Shown here: positions 10,451 through 24,563 of the stretch, piece after piece | How the letters are laid out: every line of letters begins with the position of its first letter | Numbering within the stretch: position 1 is the stretch's first letter | NCBI GenBank assembly: GCA_963769935.1 | Contig: CAVYNY010000010.1 | Location: 672,001 to 736,000, forward strand | Reading direction: 5' to 3' | Length of the DNA stretch: 64,000 nucleotides | From: an uncultured delta proteobacterium | GTDB taxonomy: Bacteria; Desulfobacterota; Desulfobacteria; Desulfobacterales; JAFDCJ01 | Notes under the pieces: generated by a model | The model's input: only the letters and a program-made list of their open reading frames with translations | Databases searched by the model: none | What the model was told of the DNA's origin: nothing | Position numbers and translations under genes: made by a program

Positions 10451-11884
10451 ATGGCCTTTCCCCCCAACAAGACCAAAATCGTCTGCACCATCGGACCGGC
10501 TTCGGATTCGCCGGCAACCCTGCAGGAAATGATTCAAGCCGGCATGAATGTGGCGCGGCTGAACTTTTCCCATGGTGATTTTCAAAGCCACCGGGAAACG
10601 ATTAAAAAAATACGGACCGCATCTGAAGCTGTCGGAAAACGGATCGCCATCATGGCGGACCTGCCGGGTCCCAAAATGAGAATCGGCGAGTTGGCGGAAG
10701 AACCCGTCGAATTAAAGGCCGGCGATCCTTTTACCCTCACAACCGAAGATATCGCCGGTGATGCCGCGCGCGTTTCGGTGAGCTTCGCCCGGCTTCCCAA
10801 AGCAGTGAAGCCGGGCGATCGATTGTTTCTGAATGACGGCTATATTCAGATAGAAGTAACGGAAGTAGAAGGTGCCGAGGTGCGCTGCAAGGTGATTGTG
10901 GGCGGACAGCTGCGTTCCCGCAAGGGCCTTAATCTGCCCGGCATCGATTTGGGGATCAGCGCTTTTACGGATCACGACCGTGAGTGCCTCAAATTTGCCC
11001 TGGAAAACGGGGTGGACGCCGTCAGCCAATCTTTTGTGGAAACCGCCGCAGACATCACCGCCGTGCGGCAAGCGGCGGCCGAGACGGGACAGTGACCCGT
11101 TTATTATCGCCAAAATCGAACGCGCCGGCGCTCGCAGTCATCTGAAAGCGATTCTGGAAGCCGCCGACGGCATCATGATCGCGCGCGGCGATTTGGGCGT
11201 GGAAATACCGATAGAGCAGATTGCAGTCGCCCAAAAGGATATTATGCGTGCAGGCCAATATGTGCGGCAAGCCCGTCATCACCGCCACCCAGATGCTGGA
11301 ATCCATGACCGGCAACCGTCGCCCCACCCGCGCGGAGGCCACCGACGTGGCCAACGCCATCCTGGACGGCACGGACTGCGTGATGCTCTCCGGCGAATCC
11401 GCCATGGGCCAGTACCCCGTGGAATCCGTATCCATGCTGTCACGAATTGCCGCCGCCATCGAGCCCTATCGCACGTCGATGTCGGTCAGAGAAGCACTTG
11501 CATTCCGATAGAGAAGAAGACAAAGTCAGGATGAAAGATCTGATTGCCATGAGCGTTGAAACCACCTTAAAGCGGATCACGCCGCCGACCGTCATTGTGC
11601 CCACTCACAGCGGTGCCACCGCCCGAAGCATAACCCGCTTCCGCCTGCCCGTCTGGATCACGGCCGTCAGCTCGCAAGCCAAGACCTGCCAGGATCTCAT
11701 GTTTTCCTACGGGGTCTTTCCTGTTTGTGAAAAGGAACATCCGGAGAACTGGAGAACCTGGACTAAAAACTGGCTCGCCAGCCAGGGCCTTGCCGGGGAT
11801 CTGGTGGTCCTGACCGAAGGACCGTCAGCCAGGCGTCCCGACCGCAATAATCGGATGGAAATTATCGATCTTACCAGGCAGTAA
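10451..11884 (+). CDS. pyk: Pyruvate kinase, interrupted by about 3 frameshifts (assembly error or pseudogene)
   Basis: [12 protein letters not shown] and ARLNFSHG (10451-11095), AKIE...ARGDLGVE (next frame), [13 protein letters not shown]...[12 protein letters not shown] (11221-11511), then the C-terminal domain (11447-11884). Confidence 0.92.
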
Positions 11885-11937
11885 TTTTTAAGCGTTGTTG
11901 AACGGATAAGGAAAAAAATAAATAGGAGATACCGGAC

Positions 11938-12333
11938 ATGACAAAACCAATGAAACTAAAGCAGCTGAGCTTTACGCTGCCCGACAGGATAGGCTTGCTT
12001 TCGGAGGTATCCGCATTTATCACGGCGGCCAAGATCAATATCGAAGCCATCTGCGCCTTCGGCATGGGTGAAGAAGGTTATTTCATGATCATCACCGACA
12101 ACAATGCCAAGGCCAAAAAGGTGCTTTCTCATATGGGGGTTGAGGTGAAAACCGAAGATGTCATTGCCGTGGAAGTGCCCAATAAAGTAGGGCAGCTGCA
12201 GCAGGCGGCCAGGAAAATTTCCGATGCCGGAGTCGCCATTGCCTATGTGTACGGAAGCCCCGTGAGACAGAAAATGACCCTTATCTTCAAGACGGCAGAT
12301 GACAAAAAAGCTTTGAAGGCGCTTGCCGGGTGA
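11938..12333 (+). CDS. Tandem ACT-domain protein
   Basis: QLSFTLPDRIGLL...INIEAI and EVPNKVGQL...AGVAIAYVY ACT repeats. RBS AGGAGA upstream. Confidence 0.85.
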   Translation: MTKPMKLKQLSFTLPDRIGLLSEVSAFITAAKINIEAICAFGMGEEGYFMIITDNNAKAKKVLSHMGVEVKTEDVIAVEVPNKVGQLQQAARKISDAGVAIAYVYGSPVRQKMTLIFKTADDKKALKALAG

Positions 12334-12701
12334 GGGCGTTGCAATGTTTCGAATTGCCTTGGCGTTTGGCGCCAGCGTACCGGCAATTTATTGTCGATGC
12401 TGCCGAGTGCTTGGATTGTTATTTCAGGTGTCAGCTGCTGTACGCAGCGGTTTGCCTGCCTTGGGAAGGTGATCAGTTTGATCGACATTGACCCATGCCT
12501 CATACTTTCAACCGTAGGTCATCCTCAGGAGCTTTGCACCGGATGTCTCATATGAAACTTCCTTAAATTCGATGCCATTTTTACGAAGTGTCTCACCGCT
12601 GAGAGCGCAGAGAGTGAAATTATTTAACTTTTCTTTCTCGGCGTTCTCCCACCGGGGCGTAGGCCCTATGGGCCAGAGGCGGCGGGCTCTGCGGTGAACT
12701 A

Positions 12702-13060
12702 TTATGTTTCTTTTTCGATCAGACCGGCCTCACACGCAAAGGCCTCTTTGATCCGCTCCGGAAACACGGCCCGGATAATACACCCCCCGCGCCACAGCCT
12801 GGTATATCGTTTTGAAGGCCGACCTTGGCGGCGATCCCCTGGAAGATGGACTTGACGTGGAGCCAGGCAGCGGCGGCACCACGGGCATGATGCTCGGACC
12901 ATGCCGCGCGCCTTCCTCCCCGCGGAAATGCCCGTGCCCATATAAAGGACGGCGCGCGAGGCGAGTTCCTTGAGCCTGCTTTCAGTTTCCAGATAATAGG
13001 AATTGCCGCCATCGATGATGATATCGCCTGCCTCCAGCAGAGGAGCGAACTGCCGGATCG
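12702..13060 (-). pseudogene. gnd: 6-phosphogluconate dehydrogenase remnant (truncated, internally deleted, frameshifted)
   Basis: PLLEAGDIIIDGGNS...YMGTGISAG and AWLHVKSIFQGIAAKV (N-domain) join directly to LWRGGCIIRA...IKEAF (C-domain). Confidence 0.85.
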
Positions 13061-13191
13061 TCAAAAAAGAGCCGCATTCGACTTTACAATTAAGATATGA
13101 TGAATACATTGGCAGCATTATGAACCGGCGAGGCCGGAACCGAAATGTAATCTAACCGCCAAAAACACGAAGAAAAAAAGGGAGTGTAAAA

Positions 13192-14019
13192 ATGAAGTTT
13201 GCAAAAATTATTCTGGCTTCGATTCTGGTCCTCATCTTCTTTGCCGGCTGCGCCCAAATGCAGTCGGGATCATCCGGTAAATCCGTATCCCCCGTGCTCG
13301 ACCGCATCCAGCAAAGAGGAGAGTTGATCGTCGGCACCATGGGCAACATGCCGCCCCTGAACATGACATCCAAAGACGGAGAAATCTTCGGTCTCGAACC
13401 CGATCTGGCAGGAATGCTGGCCGGTGCGATGAAAGTCAAGGTGAAATTTGTCACCAAACCATTTTACGAATTGCTGCCGGCGCTGCAAAACGGTGAAGTC
13501 GACATGGTTATGTCCGGCATGACCATCACGCCCGAGCGCAACCTGAAGGCGGCGTTTGTCGGCCCCTACTTTATCTCGGGTAAAGCGTTTCTCACCAAAG
13601 TTAAAAACATTGCCTATGCCGAAGACGCCGAGGATGTCAACACTCCGAACACAAAAATAGTCGCTCTCAGAGACTCGACCAGCGAGGCCTTTGCCAAGAA
13701 ATTTCTGGACAAAACGACGCTGTTTACCACCGGAACTTATGATGAAGCCGTCGACATGGTTCTGAAGGACAAGGTCCAAGCCATGATAGCTGATTATCCC
13801 ATTTGCGTGGTCTCGGTCTTTCGTTACCCGGATGCCGGCCTGCTCTCGGTGGTCACCCAGCTGACCTATGAGCCCATCGGCATTGCACTTCCGCCCAATG
13901 ATCCGCTGCTGATCAACTGGGCCCAGAATGCACTGAATAATATTGAGGGCAGCGGGCAATTGGATGATCTGAAGCTTAAATGGTTTGCCGAAGGTGACTG
14001 GTTGAATAAATTGAAATAG
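13192..14019 (+). CDS. Amino-acid ABC transporter substrate-binding lipoprotein (family 3)
   Basis: Lipobox FAGC; LDRIQQRGELIVG; SGMTITPERN. Confidence 0.9.
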   Translation: MKFAKIILASILVLIFFAGCAQMQSGSSGKSVSPVLDRIQQRGELIVGTMGNMPPLNMTSKDGEIFGLEPDLAGMLAGAMKVKVKFVTKPFYELLPALQNGEVDMVMSGMTITPERNLKAAFVGPYFISGKAFLTKVKNIAYAEDAEDVNTPNTKIVALRDSTSEAFAKKFLDKTTLFTTGTYDEAVDMVLKDKVQAMIADYPICVVSVFRYPDAGLLSVVTQLTYEPIGIALPPNDPLLINWAQNALNNIEGSGQLDDLKLKWFAEGDWLNKLK

Positions 14020-14026
14020 GTTTGGA

Positions 14027-14124
14027 TCGTTAAGATCGTCCCAGTTAAACAAAAGACAAAAAGGTTTAACCCCGATGAAATAAGGGCAACAGAGATTTCA
14101 TTGGGCAAGCGGGATAAATTTTGA
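14027..14124. repeat. Palindromic repeat copy 2 with a nested 40-bp hairpin insert
   Basis: Matches 5841-5898 except for the insert at 14071-14110 (CCCGATGAAAT...ATTTCATTGGG). Confidence 0.8.
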
Positions 14125-14290
14125 TGGTTTAGATGGTTAGAACGCTTAAGATCGTTTGGTAAAGTAGTTGCAATAAATAATTGATATGACTTTATACAGC
14201 TCACATTTTGACATTTAAGATCAAACGTCAGCTTTTATAATTCAGGCCTGGCAGTTTATAGTTAGCGGATTAGTTAATCCGCAATCAAAT

Positions 14291-14881
14291 CTATTTCCCC
14301 ACAAACTCCCCGTTTTTAAACGTGCCTTCCTGTTTCCTGCCGTCAGGATAAATTAAAGTGCCCTGCCCGTTTTTTTCGCCGTCCTTAAATTCCCCGATGT
14401 ACTCGCGGCCATCGGGATAGGTCAGGGTGCCTTGACCGTTTCTTTCGCCATATTGAAATTGGCCGACATATTTGCGGCCGTCGGGATAGATCATGGTCCC
14501 CTGACCGTGGCGCTGGTCGCTTTTAAATTCTCCGATATACTTTCTGCCATCAGGATAGGTCATTGTCCCCTGCCCGTTTCGTTCGCGGAACATCCAGTGA
14601 CCCTCGTAAGTGGTGCCGTCGGACTGGGTAGAGGTGCCCTCTCGGATCTCGCCATCTTCCCAGACACCGACGATTTTTCGGCCGCCGGGCATCAGCAAAA
14701 CGCCCTCCCCGTTTCGGAAGCCATCTTTGAACCCTCCCGTATACGTGTGGCCGGTGGAATAGACCATGGTTCCCTTGCCGTTGACGCAATTCCCGGCGGT
14801 ACATTTGTCCTCGGCCGCAGCCAGCGGAACCAGGCAATAAATAAGCAGTATAACGATCAAAAATTTTTTCATATTATTCAC
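14291..14881 (-). CDS. Exported MORN-repeat protein
   Basis: Signal peptide followed by 23-aa repeats YxGEFKxGxRNGQGTxxYPDG. Confidence 0.92.
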   Translation of the reverse strand: MNNMKKFLIVILLIYCLVPLAAAEDKCTAGNCVNGKGTMVYSTGHTYTGGFKDGFRNGEGVLLMPGGRKIVGVWEDGEIREGTSTQSDGTTYEGHWMFRERNGQGTMTYPDGRKYIGEFKSDQRHGQGTMIYPDGRKYVGQFQYGERNGQGTLTYPDGREYIGEFKDGEKNGQGTLIYPDGRKQEGTFKNGEFVGK

Positions 14882-14899
14882 CCCGCGAAAATTACAAAT

Positions 14900-15571
14900 T
14901 CAACGTGATCGGCGGGAAACATGCATTCCCACCAGCCAGGCCACAACGATCACCAGATACATCTGCCCGGTGATCGCTTCAAGAATTGCCAGGGAGCCGG
15001 CTTCTTGGGTCAGCGGCAGAACATCACCATAGCCCAGGGTGGTGATCGTAACACAACTGAAGTAAAGGAAATGAAAATAATCCGGCGTCTGACCCGCCGG
15101 ATATGAAAAAGAACCCCGATAAAAATACTCCAGAATCAGATATGCGAAGGCCCACGTTATCGCCATCAGCAAATAAACGACCACGGCGGCATAAATGACG
15201 TCTTTGGTGACCTCTTTCTCATTGAATATGAATCTTATCAGACAATTGATAGTAAAGCCGACGAACAGGATTCCGCAAATTTCACCGGCCGCCAGGATGT
15301 TGGCGTTTGCAAACCAATGATAAGACCAGATGCCGCCGAACATCGGAACAGCCAGCGCCAGCGAAATAAAAATATGCTTCCGTTTTTGACTGATGGCATG
15401 GATCGCCGCAATAAAAATAATCGTCAACAACATATCCGGGATATATCGGTAGTTGAAGATTCCGGTTAAGAGCGGCTTTCCGATTATCAAACATAGAATG
15501 GCGCCCAGCAAAAATATGAACCGGTTTTTTGAAAAAAATCCGGCCAAAGAAGCAAATCTCTTTTCACCCAT
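14900..15571 (-). CDS. Potassium channel family (Ion_trans_2) membrane protein
   Basis: Pore motif YFSCVTITTLGYGD and several TMs. Start placed at MGEKRF; the ORF extends to 15640. Confidence 0.85.
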   Translation of the reverse strand: MGEKRFASLAGFFSKNRFIFLLGAILCLIIGKPLLTGIFNYRYIPDMLLTIIFIAAIHAISQKRKHIFISLALAVPMFGGIWSYHWFANANILAAGEICGILFVGFTINCLIRFIFNEKEVTKDVIYAAVVVYLLMAITWAFAYLILEYFYRGSFSYPAGQTPDYFHFLYFSCVTITTLGYGDVLPLTQEAGSLAILEAITGQMYLVIVVAWLVGMHVSRRSR

Positions 15572-15847
15572 CAGATTATCTTCGTAAAAAAAGTTCCGGC
15601 TCCGTAAGTTAAGGATCTGAAATGTCCCATTTAATGGCACCGTTATCGGTCAAAGGAATGTTATCGAACAACCGCAGCAAAAATCAAGAACAACCTGAAC
15701 GAGAGCCGCAAACTTAAAATTAATATAGCATCCCGGCACTTGTACCTCGTACCTCGCAACACATATCTCTTCGTCTCAGCTCCTTTACGCTCTGCTTTAT
15801 GGCGCAATGCCCTATGTTCATCCACCGCAACCTGCAACACGCCTCCG

Positions 15848-16465
15848 CTATGATTTCTCGTCCAGCTCCGTGATCTTTTCCTTGATTCGGCCGATGATTT
15901 GTTGCGGCGATTCCCGGCTGAGAATCCATTGGAACTGAGCGCGGTAATTGCTTATCGCGTCAATCCCCATAACACTCAGATCGTACACTTTCCATTTCCC
16001 GCTGCGGTTTGTCATCCGCAGCTTTACCGGAACTTTCAAGTTTCGCCAGAGGACTTCGATTTCAACCAGGGCTTGGGAGTCACTGATCAGATGTTGCCCC
16101 AGATAGATCACCCTTTCATTGTTATATCGATGCTGCAGCTTTCCAAGGTAGAATTTACCGAGGAACTCGCCGAATACCCTCACAAATTCATCTCTCTGCT
16201 GCGGGCTGAATTTTTTCCAATAGGGCCCCAGTACTTTTCTGGAAAATTCCTTAAAATCATAGAATTCCAGCATAATTTTCCAGAGTTTTTGCTGCTGTTC
16301 CTTTTTACGGTCGGCATTCTGGAACCGGGGGTCCTCCAAAACGCGAATCGCCTGATCGATACCCTGCTGCAATGCTGCCAGGGGCTGCTGCCCGAAAGAC
16401 GGGGAAGGTGCTCCGGCAATTATCAGTAGGAGAATGAGCGCGGTCGTACGCATTATCCAATCCAA
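15848..16465 (-). CDS. mlaC: MlaC/Ttg2D family phospholipid-binding periplasmic protein
   Basis: Signal peptide; YDFKEFSRKVLGPYW; WKVYDLSVMGI...NYRAQF. Confidence 0.85.
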   Translation of the reverse strand: MDWIMRTTALILLLIIAGAPSPSFGQQPLAALQQGIDQAIRVLEDPRFQNADRKKEQQQKLWKIMLEFYDFKEFSRKVLGPYWKKFSPQQRDEFVRVFGEFLGKFYLGKLQHRYNNERVIYLGQHLISDSQALVEIEVLWRNLKVPVKLRMTNRSGKWKVYDLSVMGIDAISNYRAQFQWILSRESPQQIIGRIKEKITELDEKS

Positions 16466-16587
16466 GGAAAAGCTATTTCACTCGATTGATGATCTACGAC
16501 AGTAACATAGGATTGAATTGCAGCTCTAGCAAGATCGGAATAACTAATTGAAAACGGTTTTTACTCTGAACCTTTGAATCCCCTATT

Positions 16588-16622
16588 AAAAAAAGGCCGT
16601 CCGGTTTCCCGGGCGGCCTTTT
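16588..16622 (-). terminator. Rho-independent terminator after the fumarase-PFOR genes
   Basis: AAAAAAAGGCCGTCCGG-TTTC-CCGGGCGGCCTTTT hairpin with A/T tails. Confidence 0.8.
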
Positions 16623-16654
16623 CCCATTTCTGATTTTACTTTTTTAAAAAGACT

Positions 16655-20302
<3,648 letters not shown>

Positions 20303-21913
20303 CTATGTCAACAAATTTTCAAAAAAATCGTTGCCCTTGTCATCCACAATAATAAAAGCGGGAAAATCTTTGACGGTTATCATATAGATGGCTTCCATTC
20401 CCAGCTCGGGGAACTCGATTATTTCAACGCCGGTGATACATTCCCGGCCGAGCCGGGCCGCCGGACCGCCGATGGATCCCAGATAAAAACCGCCGTACGT
20501 CTTGCATGCATCCGTCACCAGTTTCGACCGGTTGCCTTTGGCCAGCATGACCAGGGAGCCTCCCCGGGCCTGAAAAACAGGCACATAGGGATCCATGCGG
20601 CCGGCTGTTGTCGGGCCGAAGGACCCGGACGGATAGCCGGCCGGGGTCTTGGCCGGACCGGCATAGTAGATGATGTGGTTTTTGAAATAATCCGGCAGCG
20701 CGTGGCCGGCATCCAGGCGCTCTTTCACCCTGGCATGGGCAATATCGCGGGCAACCACGATTTTCCCGGTTAAAAGCAGCGGCGTTGCAACCGGGTATTG
20801 GCCGAGCTGCTGCCGTATTTCACTCATCGGTCGGTTCAGATCGACACGCGCCGCCTGCCGGCCGGAAAGCTCAACCTGGGGAAGGTACCTGGCCGGATCG
20901 GTTTCCAGTTGTTCCAGGAAAATACCATCCCGGGTTATCTTGGCCTTGACATTGCGGTCGGCACTGCAGCTGACCCCCAGGCCGATGGGGCATGACGCGC
21001 CGTGACGCGGCAGTCGAATCACCCGGGTGTCCAGGCAAAAATATTTCCCGCCGAATTGCGCGCCGATGCCAAGCTCACGGGAAATTTTAAGGAGTTGGTC
21101 CTCCAGTTCCACATCCCGGAAGGCAGATCCGGATTCGCTGCCCTTGATCGGCAGATCGTCCAGGTATTTGGCGGTGGCCAGCTTCACAGTCTTCAGGTTG
21201 AATTCGGCCGAAGTTCCGCCGACGACAAAGGCCAGATGATAGGGCGGACAAGCGGCCGTCCCCAGGGTTTTCATCTTGTCTTTCATGAAATTCAGCAGCT
21301 TGGTCGGACTCAAAACGGCTTTGGTTTCCTGATAAAGGTAGGTCTTGTTGGCAGAACCGCCGCCTTTGGCGATGAATAAAAAGCGGTAGGCATCGCCGCC
21401 GGCGGCATAAAGTTCGATCTGGGCCGGCAGATTGCAGCCGGTATTTTGCTCCTCATACATGCTCAGCGGGGCATTCTGGGAATAGCGCAGATTACCCTTG
21501 GTGTAGGCATTATACACCCCTCTGGCAAGCGCTTCTTCATCCGAGAAATCGGTCCAGACCCGCTGGCCTTTTTTGCCGATGACAATGGCGGTACCCGTAT
21601 CCTGGCACATTGGGAAAACACGCTCGGCTGAAATGACGGCGTTTTTTATAAGCTCAAGCGCCACATAGCGGTCATTGGCAGAGCTGTCCGGATCATCGAA
21701 TATCCCGGCCAGCTGCTTCAGGTGCCCGGGCCTCAGCAAATGGGCAATATCGCCAAAAGCCTGTTCGGCCAGAGATGTCAAACCCCCCGCCGACACTTTA
21801 AGGATGTCCCGGCCCTCAAAAGTGGCGCCGGCTATATGATTTTTCGTGAGCAGACGATACGGAGCGGCATCGTCCGCCATGGGAAACATGTCCTGGTATG
21901 AAAAGTCAGTCAT
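20303..21913 (-). CDS. fumA: Class I (Fe-S) fumarate hydratase
   Basis: Motifs [31 protein letters not shown] and GPTTAGRMD. Confidence 0.95.
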   Translation of the reverse strand: MTDFSYQDMFPMADDAAPYRLLTKNHIAGATFEGRDILKVSAGGLTSLAEQAFGDIAHLLRPGHLKQLAGIFDDPDSSANDRYVALELIKNAVISAERVFPMCQDTGTAIVIGKKGQRVWTDFSDEEALARGVYNAYTKGNLRYSQNAPLSMYEEQNTGCNLPAQIELYAAGGDAYRFLFIAKGGGSANKTYLYQETKAVLSPTKLLNFMKDKMKTLGTAACPPYHLAFVVGGTSAEFNLKTVKLATAKYLDDLPIKGSESGSAFRDVELEDQLLKISRELGIGAQFGGKYFCLDTRVIRLPRHGASCPIGLGVSCSADRNVKAKITRDGIFLEQLETDPARYLPQVELSGRQAARVDLNRPMSEIRQQLGQYPVATPLLLTGKIVVARDIAHARVKERLDAGHALPDYFKNHIIYYAGPAKTPAGYPSGSFGPTTAGRMDPYVPVFQARGGSLVMLAKGNRSKLVTDACKTYGGFYLGSIGGPAARLGRECITGVEIIEFPELGMEAIYMITVKDFPAFIIVDDKGNDFFENLLT

Positions 21914-21960
21914 TATCCAATCTTCAGATGACGGGTGTTAATTTATCTCAAAAAGGTTGT

Positions 21961-21989
21961 AGATTAGCAACCAGCATCGGGAGTGTCAA
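21961..21989 (-). promoter_or_regulatory. Putative sigma70 promoter of the fumarase-PFOR genes
   Basis: Minus strand reads TTGACA-17 nt-TAATCT about 50 bp upstream of the fumarase start. Confidence 0.55.
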
Positions 21990-22062
21990 GGAATTTTGGC
22001 GGCATCGTGGGTATTTCCGGCTAACGCTTAGCCTTGCATATATTCGTAACATTTTCAGAAAC

Positions 22063-22097
22063 AAAAAAGGCAGCGCGCTTGTGGCGCCCTGCCTTTT
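22063..22097 (-). terminator. Rho-independent terminator after Hsp20
   Basis: AAAAAAGGCAGCGCGC...GCGCCCTGCCTTTT hairpin. Confidence 0.7.
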
Positions 22098-22122
22098 CGA
22101 TCTTACCCATCGGAGCGTAAGG

Positions 22123-22425
22123 CTACCCGATGCTGACCTGATGCGCATTCTCCATGGGATCTTTTAAGGGGACCGAGACCTTGAGAACGCCGTCATCATA
22201 TTTTGCTGAAGCAGCTTTGGCGTTCACCGGACAACAAAACGCAGCGGTGGTCACATAATCAAAGTCACTTCTGGGGGCAGTCAAACTGAAACTGTCATCG
22301 CGTATCTTCAGGTTGATATCTTCTTTTTTAACGCCCGGGATGCAAATTTCGAGATTCAAATTGTTGTTATCTTCATCCACGTAGGAGCACACCTCCGCGG
22401 CCATTTTGAATTTTTCGTCTGCCAT
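22123..22425 (-). CDS. Hsp20/alpha-crystallin family small heat shock protein
   Basis: [11 protein letters not shown]...[23 protein letters not shown] upstream. Confidence 0.88.
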   Translation of the reverse strand: MADEKFKMAAEVCSYVDEDNNNLNLEICIPGVKKEDINLKIRDDSFSLTAPRSDFDYVTTAAFCCPVNAKAASAKYDDGVLKVSVPLKDPMENAHQVSIG

Positions 22426-22701
22426 TTTATCATCACCTCCTGTGATTCGTCGGCTAATAATAACGTGAAATCATCCTCGCACAACCCTGTTTACCATTTT
22501 CAGGATTCACGGATTAATTTTTCCCTTCATTATGTTATGTTAATGCAAGATAGCAAAATGGCAAGCGGGACCATGGCACCATCCGAACAATAGACTATTG
22601 ACAAGCAGACCGAGGGTTTATTATGCAAATATTAAATATTTGAATACGGATACCAAGTGGTTTCCGGGCGCTTGATTTCCCGACCATGAAACGAGGCACC
22701 C

Positions 22702-24438
22702 ATGTCTTCATCTCCGAGCGAAAGGGCGCTTGCCAAACGAGGCGCAAGTGCAATTTACGAGGCCTTCAATACCTACCGTTTCCGGTTCAAAGAAATTACC
22801 CGGCGGGCGCAAATGCGGTTTAATAACCGTGACTGGCACGGCATGCGGTTGGATGCGGTTCAACGTCTGGATTTGTATCCCACCGCAGTGAACCGCATCG
22901 AAACAGAAATGCGCCGACTTCTTGCCGGTCGGGTCCAGGAAATTCAGATATGGACGGATATAAAAACGGCCTTCTCCGGCATGCTCGTTGGAAACGACGA
23001 CTGGGAACTGGCCGAAACATTCTTTAATTCAATTACGCGCCGCATCTTCGCAACCGTGGGGGTAGACGCCAAGATCGAGTTTGTCAACACTGACTTTGAA
23101 ACGCCCCCCAATCATACCGCCACAGAGGTTTATAACACCTGCCAGGATTCGAATTCGACCGCCGATTTAATCCGCCGGATTTTAAGCGGCTATCCATTGA
23201 CGGCGCCCTTTCAAAATGTTGCCTATGATGCAAACCAGGTGGCCGCCAGAATCGAAGATCATTTGAAACATATGGGGTCATCGGGACTCATCGACCGGAT
23301 CGAAATGGCCCGCAGCGTTTTTTTCCGGGGCATGGGAGCCTACCTCGTCGGTCGCATTTATGCCGGACCGCACCTGGTACCGCTGGCGATTGCACTGCTG
23401 AATTTGGCGGATGGCATTGCGGTCGATGCGGTGCTTTTTAATGAAGCAGATGTCAGCATTTTGTTTAGCTTCACCCGGTCTTACTTCCATGTTGAGGTTG
23501 AAAGGCCATACGATTTAATCCAATTTATCAGAACTATTTTGCCACATAAACGCATCGCCGAGCTTTATATCTCGATGGGATTCAACAAGCACGGCAAAAC
23601 CGAGTTGTACCGTGAACTGCTGAACCACCTTTCGGTTTGCTATGAAGACCGCTTCGAAATTTCCCCGGGCCGACCCGGCATGGTCATGATTGTATTCAAC
23701 ATGCCCAACGATGACCTCGTGTTTAAAGTGATACGGGACCGGTTCGACACGCCGAAAAGTACCAGTCGCCGGGAGGTGATGGAGAAATATGAAATGGTTT
23801 TCAGGCATGATCGGGCGGGTCGGCTGGTGGATGCCCAGGCATTCGAGCATTTAAAATTCGAGGCCTGCTGCTTTTCCGAGCAACTGTTGACGGAATTAAT
23901 GCAGACCGCAGGCAAAACGGTCCGCATCGAAAATGATCAAATTATCGTCAACCATGCATACGTTGAACGCCGGGTCGCCCCGCTGGATATTTACCTGGCT
24001 CGCGCTGAAACTGCGGAAGCCCAAAAAATCGTTGTCGAGTGGGGGTATGCCATCAAAGATTTGGCGGTCAGCAATATTTTTCCCGGCGATATTCTCCTTA
24101 AAAATTTTGGCGTAACCCGCCACGGCCGCGTGGTGTTCTACGACTACGATGAACTTTGTCCCTTGACAAGCTGTCATATCAGAAAATTACCGTTATCTTC
24201 CGGCTATGACGATGAGATGGCCTCGGAGCCGTGGTTTTATGTGGATGAAAACGATGTTTTCCCGGAAGAATTCCGCAAGTTTCTCGGGCTGCCCGAGCCA
24301 TTGCGGAAAGTGTTCCTGCAGCACCATGCCGATCTGCTGGAGGTTGATTTCTGGTTGCACGCTCAGCAGGCCATTCGGGCCGGCGAGTTGCCCCATATAT
24401 ATCCGTATGCCGCCGCTTGTCGGATAAAGCGGAGCTGA
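22702..24438 (+). CDS. aceK: Bifunctional isocitrate dehydrogenase kinase/phosphatase
   Basis: ELAETFFNSITRR, GFNKHGKTELYR, PGMVMIVF, VFKVIRDRF and NIFPGDILLKNFGVTRHGRVVFYDYDE. Confidence 0.95.
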   Translation: MSSSPSERALAKRGASAIYEAFNTYRFRFKEITRRAQMRFNNRDWHGMRLDAVQRLDLYPTAVNRIETEMRRLLAGRVQEIQIWTDIKTAFSGMLVGNDDWELAETFFNSITRRIFATVGVDAKIEFVNTDFETPPNHTATEVYNTCQDSNSTADLIRRILSGYPLTAPFQNVAYDANQVAARIEDHLKHMGSSGLIDRIEMARSVFFRGMGAYLVGRIYAGPHLVPLAIALLNLADGIAVDAVLFNEADVSILFSFTRSYFHVEVERPYDLIQFIRTILPHKRIAELYISMGFNKHGKTELYRELLNHLSVCYEDRFEISPGRPGMVMIVFNMPNDDLVFKVIRDRFDTPKSTSRREVMEKYEMVFRHDRAGRLVDAQAFEHLKFEACCFSEQLLTELMQTAGKTVRIENDQIIVNHAYVERRVAPLDIYLARAETAEAQKIVVEWGYAIKDLAVSNIFPGDILLKNFGVTRHGRVVFYDYDELCPLTSCHIRKLPLSSGYDDEMASEPWFYVDENDVFPEEFRKFLGLPEPLRKVFLQHHADLLEVDFWLHAQQAIRAGELPHIYPYAAACRIKRS

Positions 24439-24563
24439 TTTTTCCGGACCCGGCGGCGGCCGCATTGACTCGGCAGTAAATCGGTCTTAGTTTGTCAGAA
24501 ATTTAATTAATGCATCCTGCCTTTTTTAATTTAACAATTTCGATTGAATAAGGATGGAGTAAA

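Noticed and set aside
10451..11884. Programmed frameshifting or a split pyruvate kinase
   Set aside because: Three shifts with no obvious slippery sites, and similar indels occur in unrelated genes.
13270..14052. 260-aa minus-strand ORF
   Set aside because: Antisense shadow of the substrate-binding protein gene. It starts in a repeat and has no recognisable motifs.
14291..14700. 69-bp periodic DNA repeats
   Set aside because: Explained by the MORN protein repeats.
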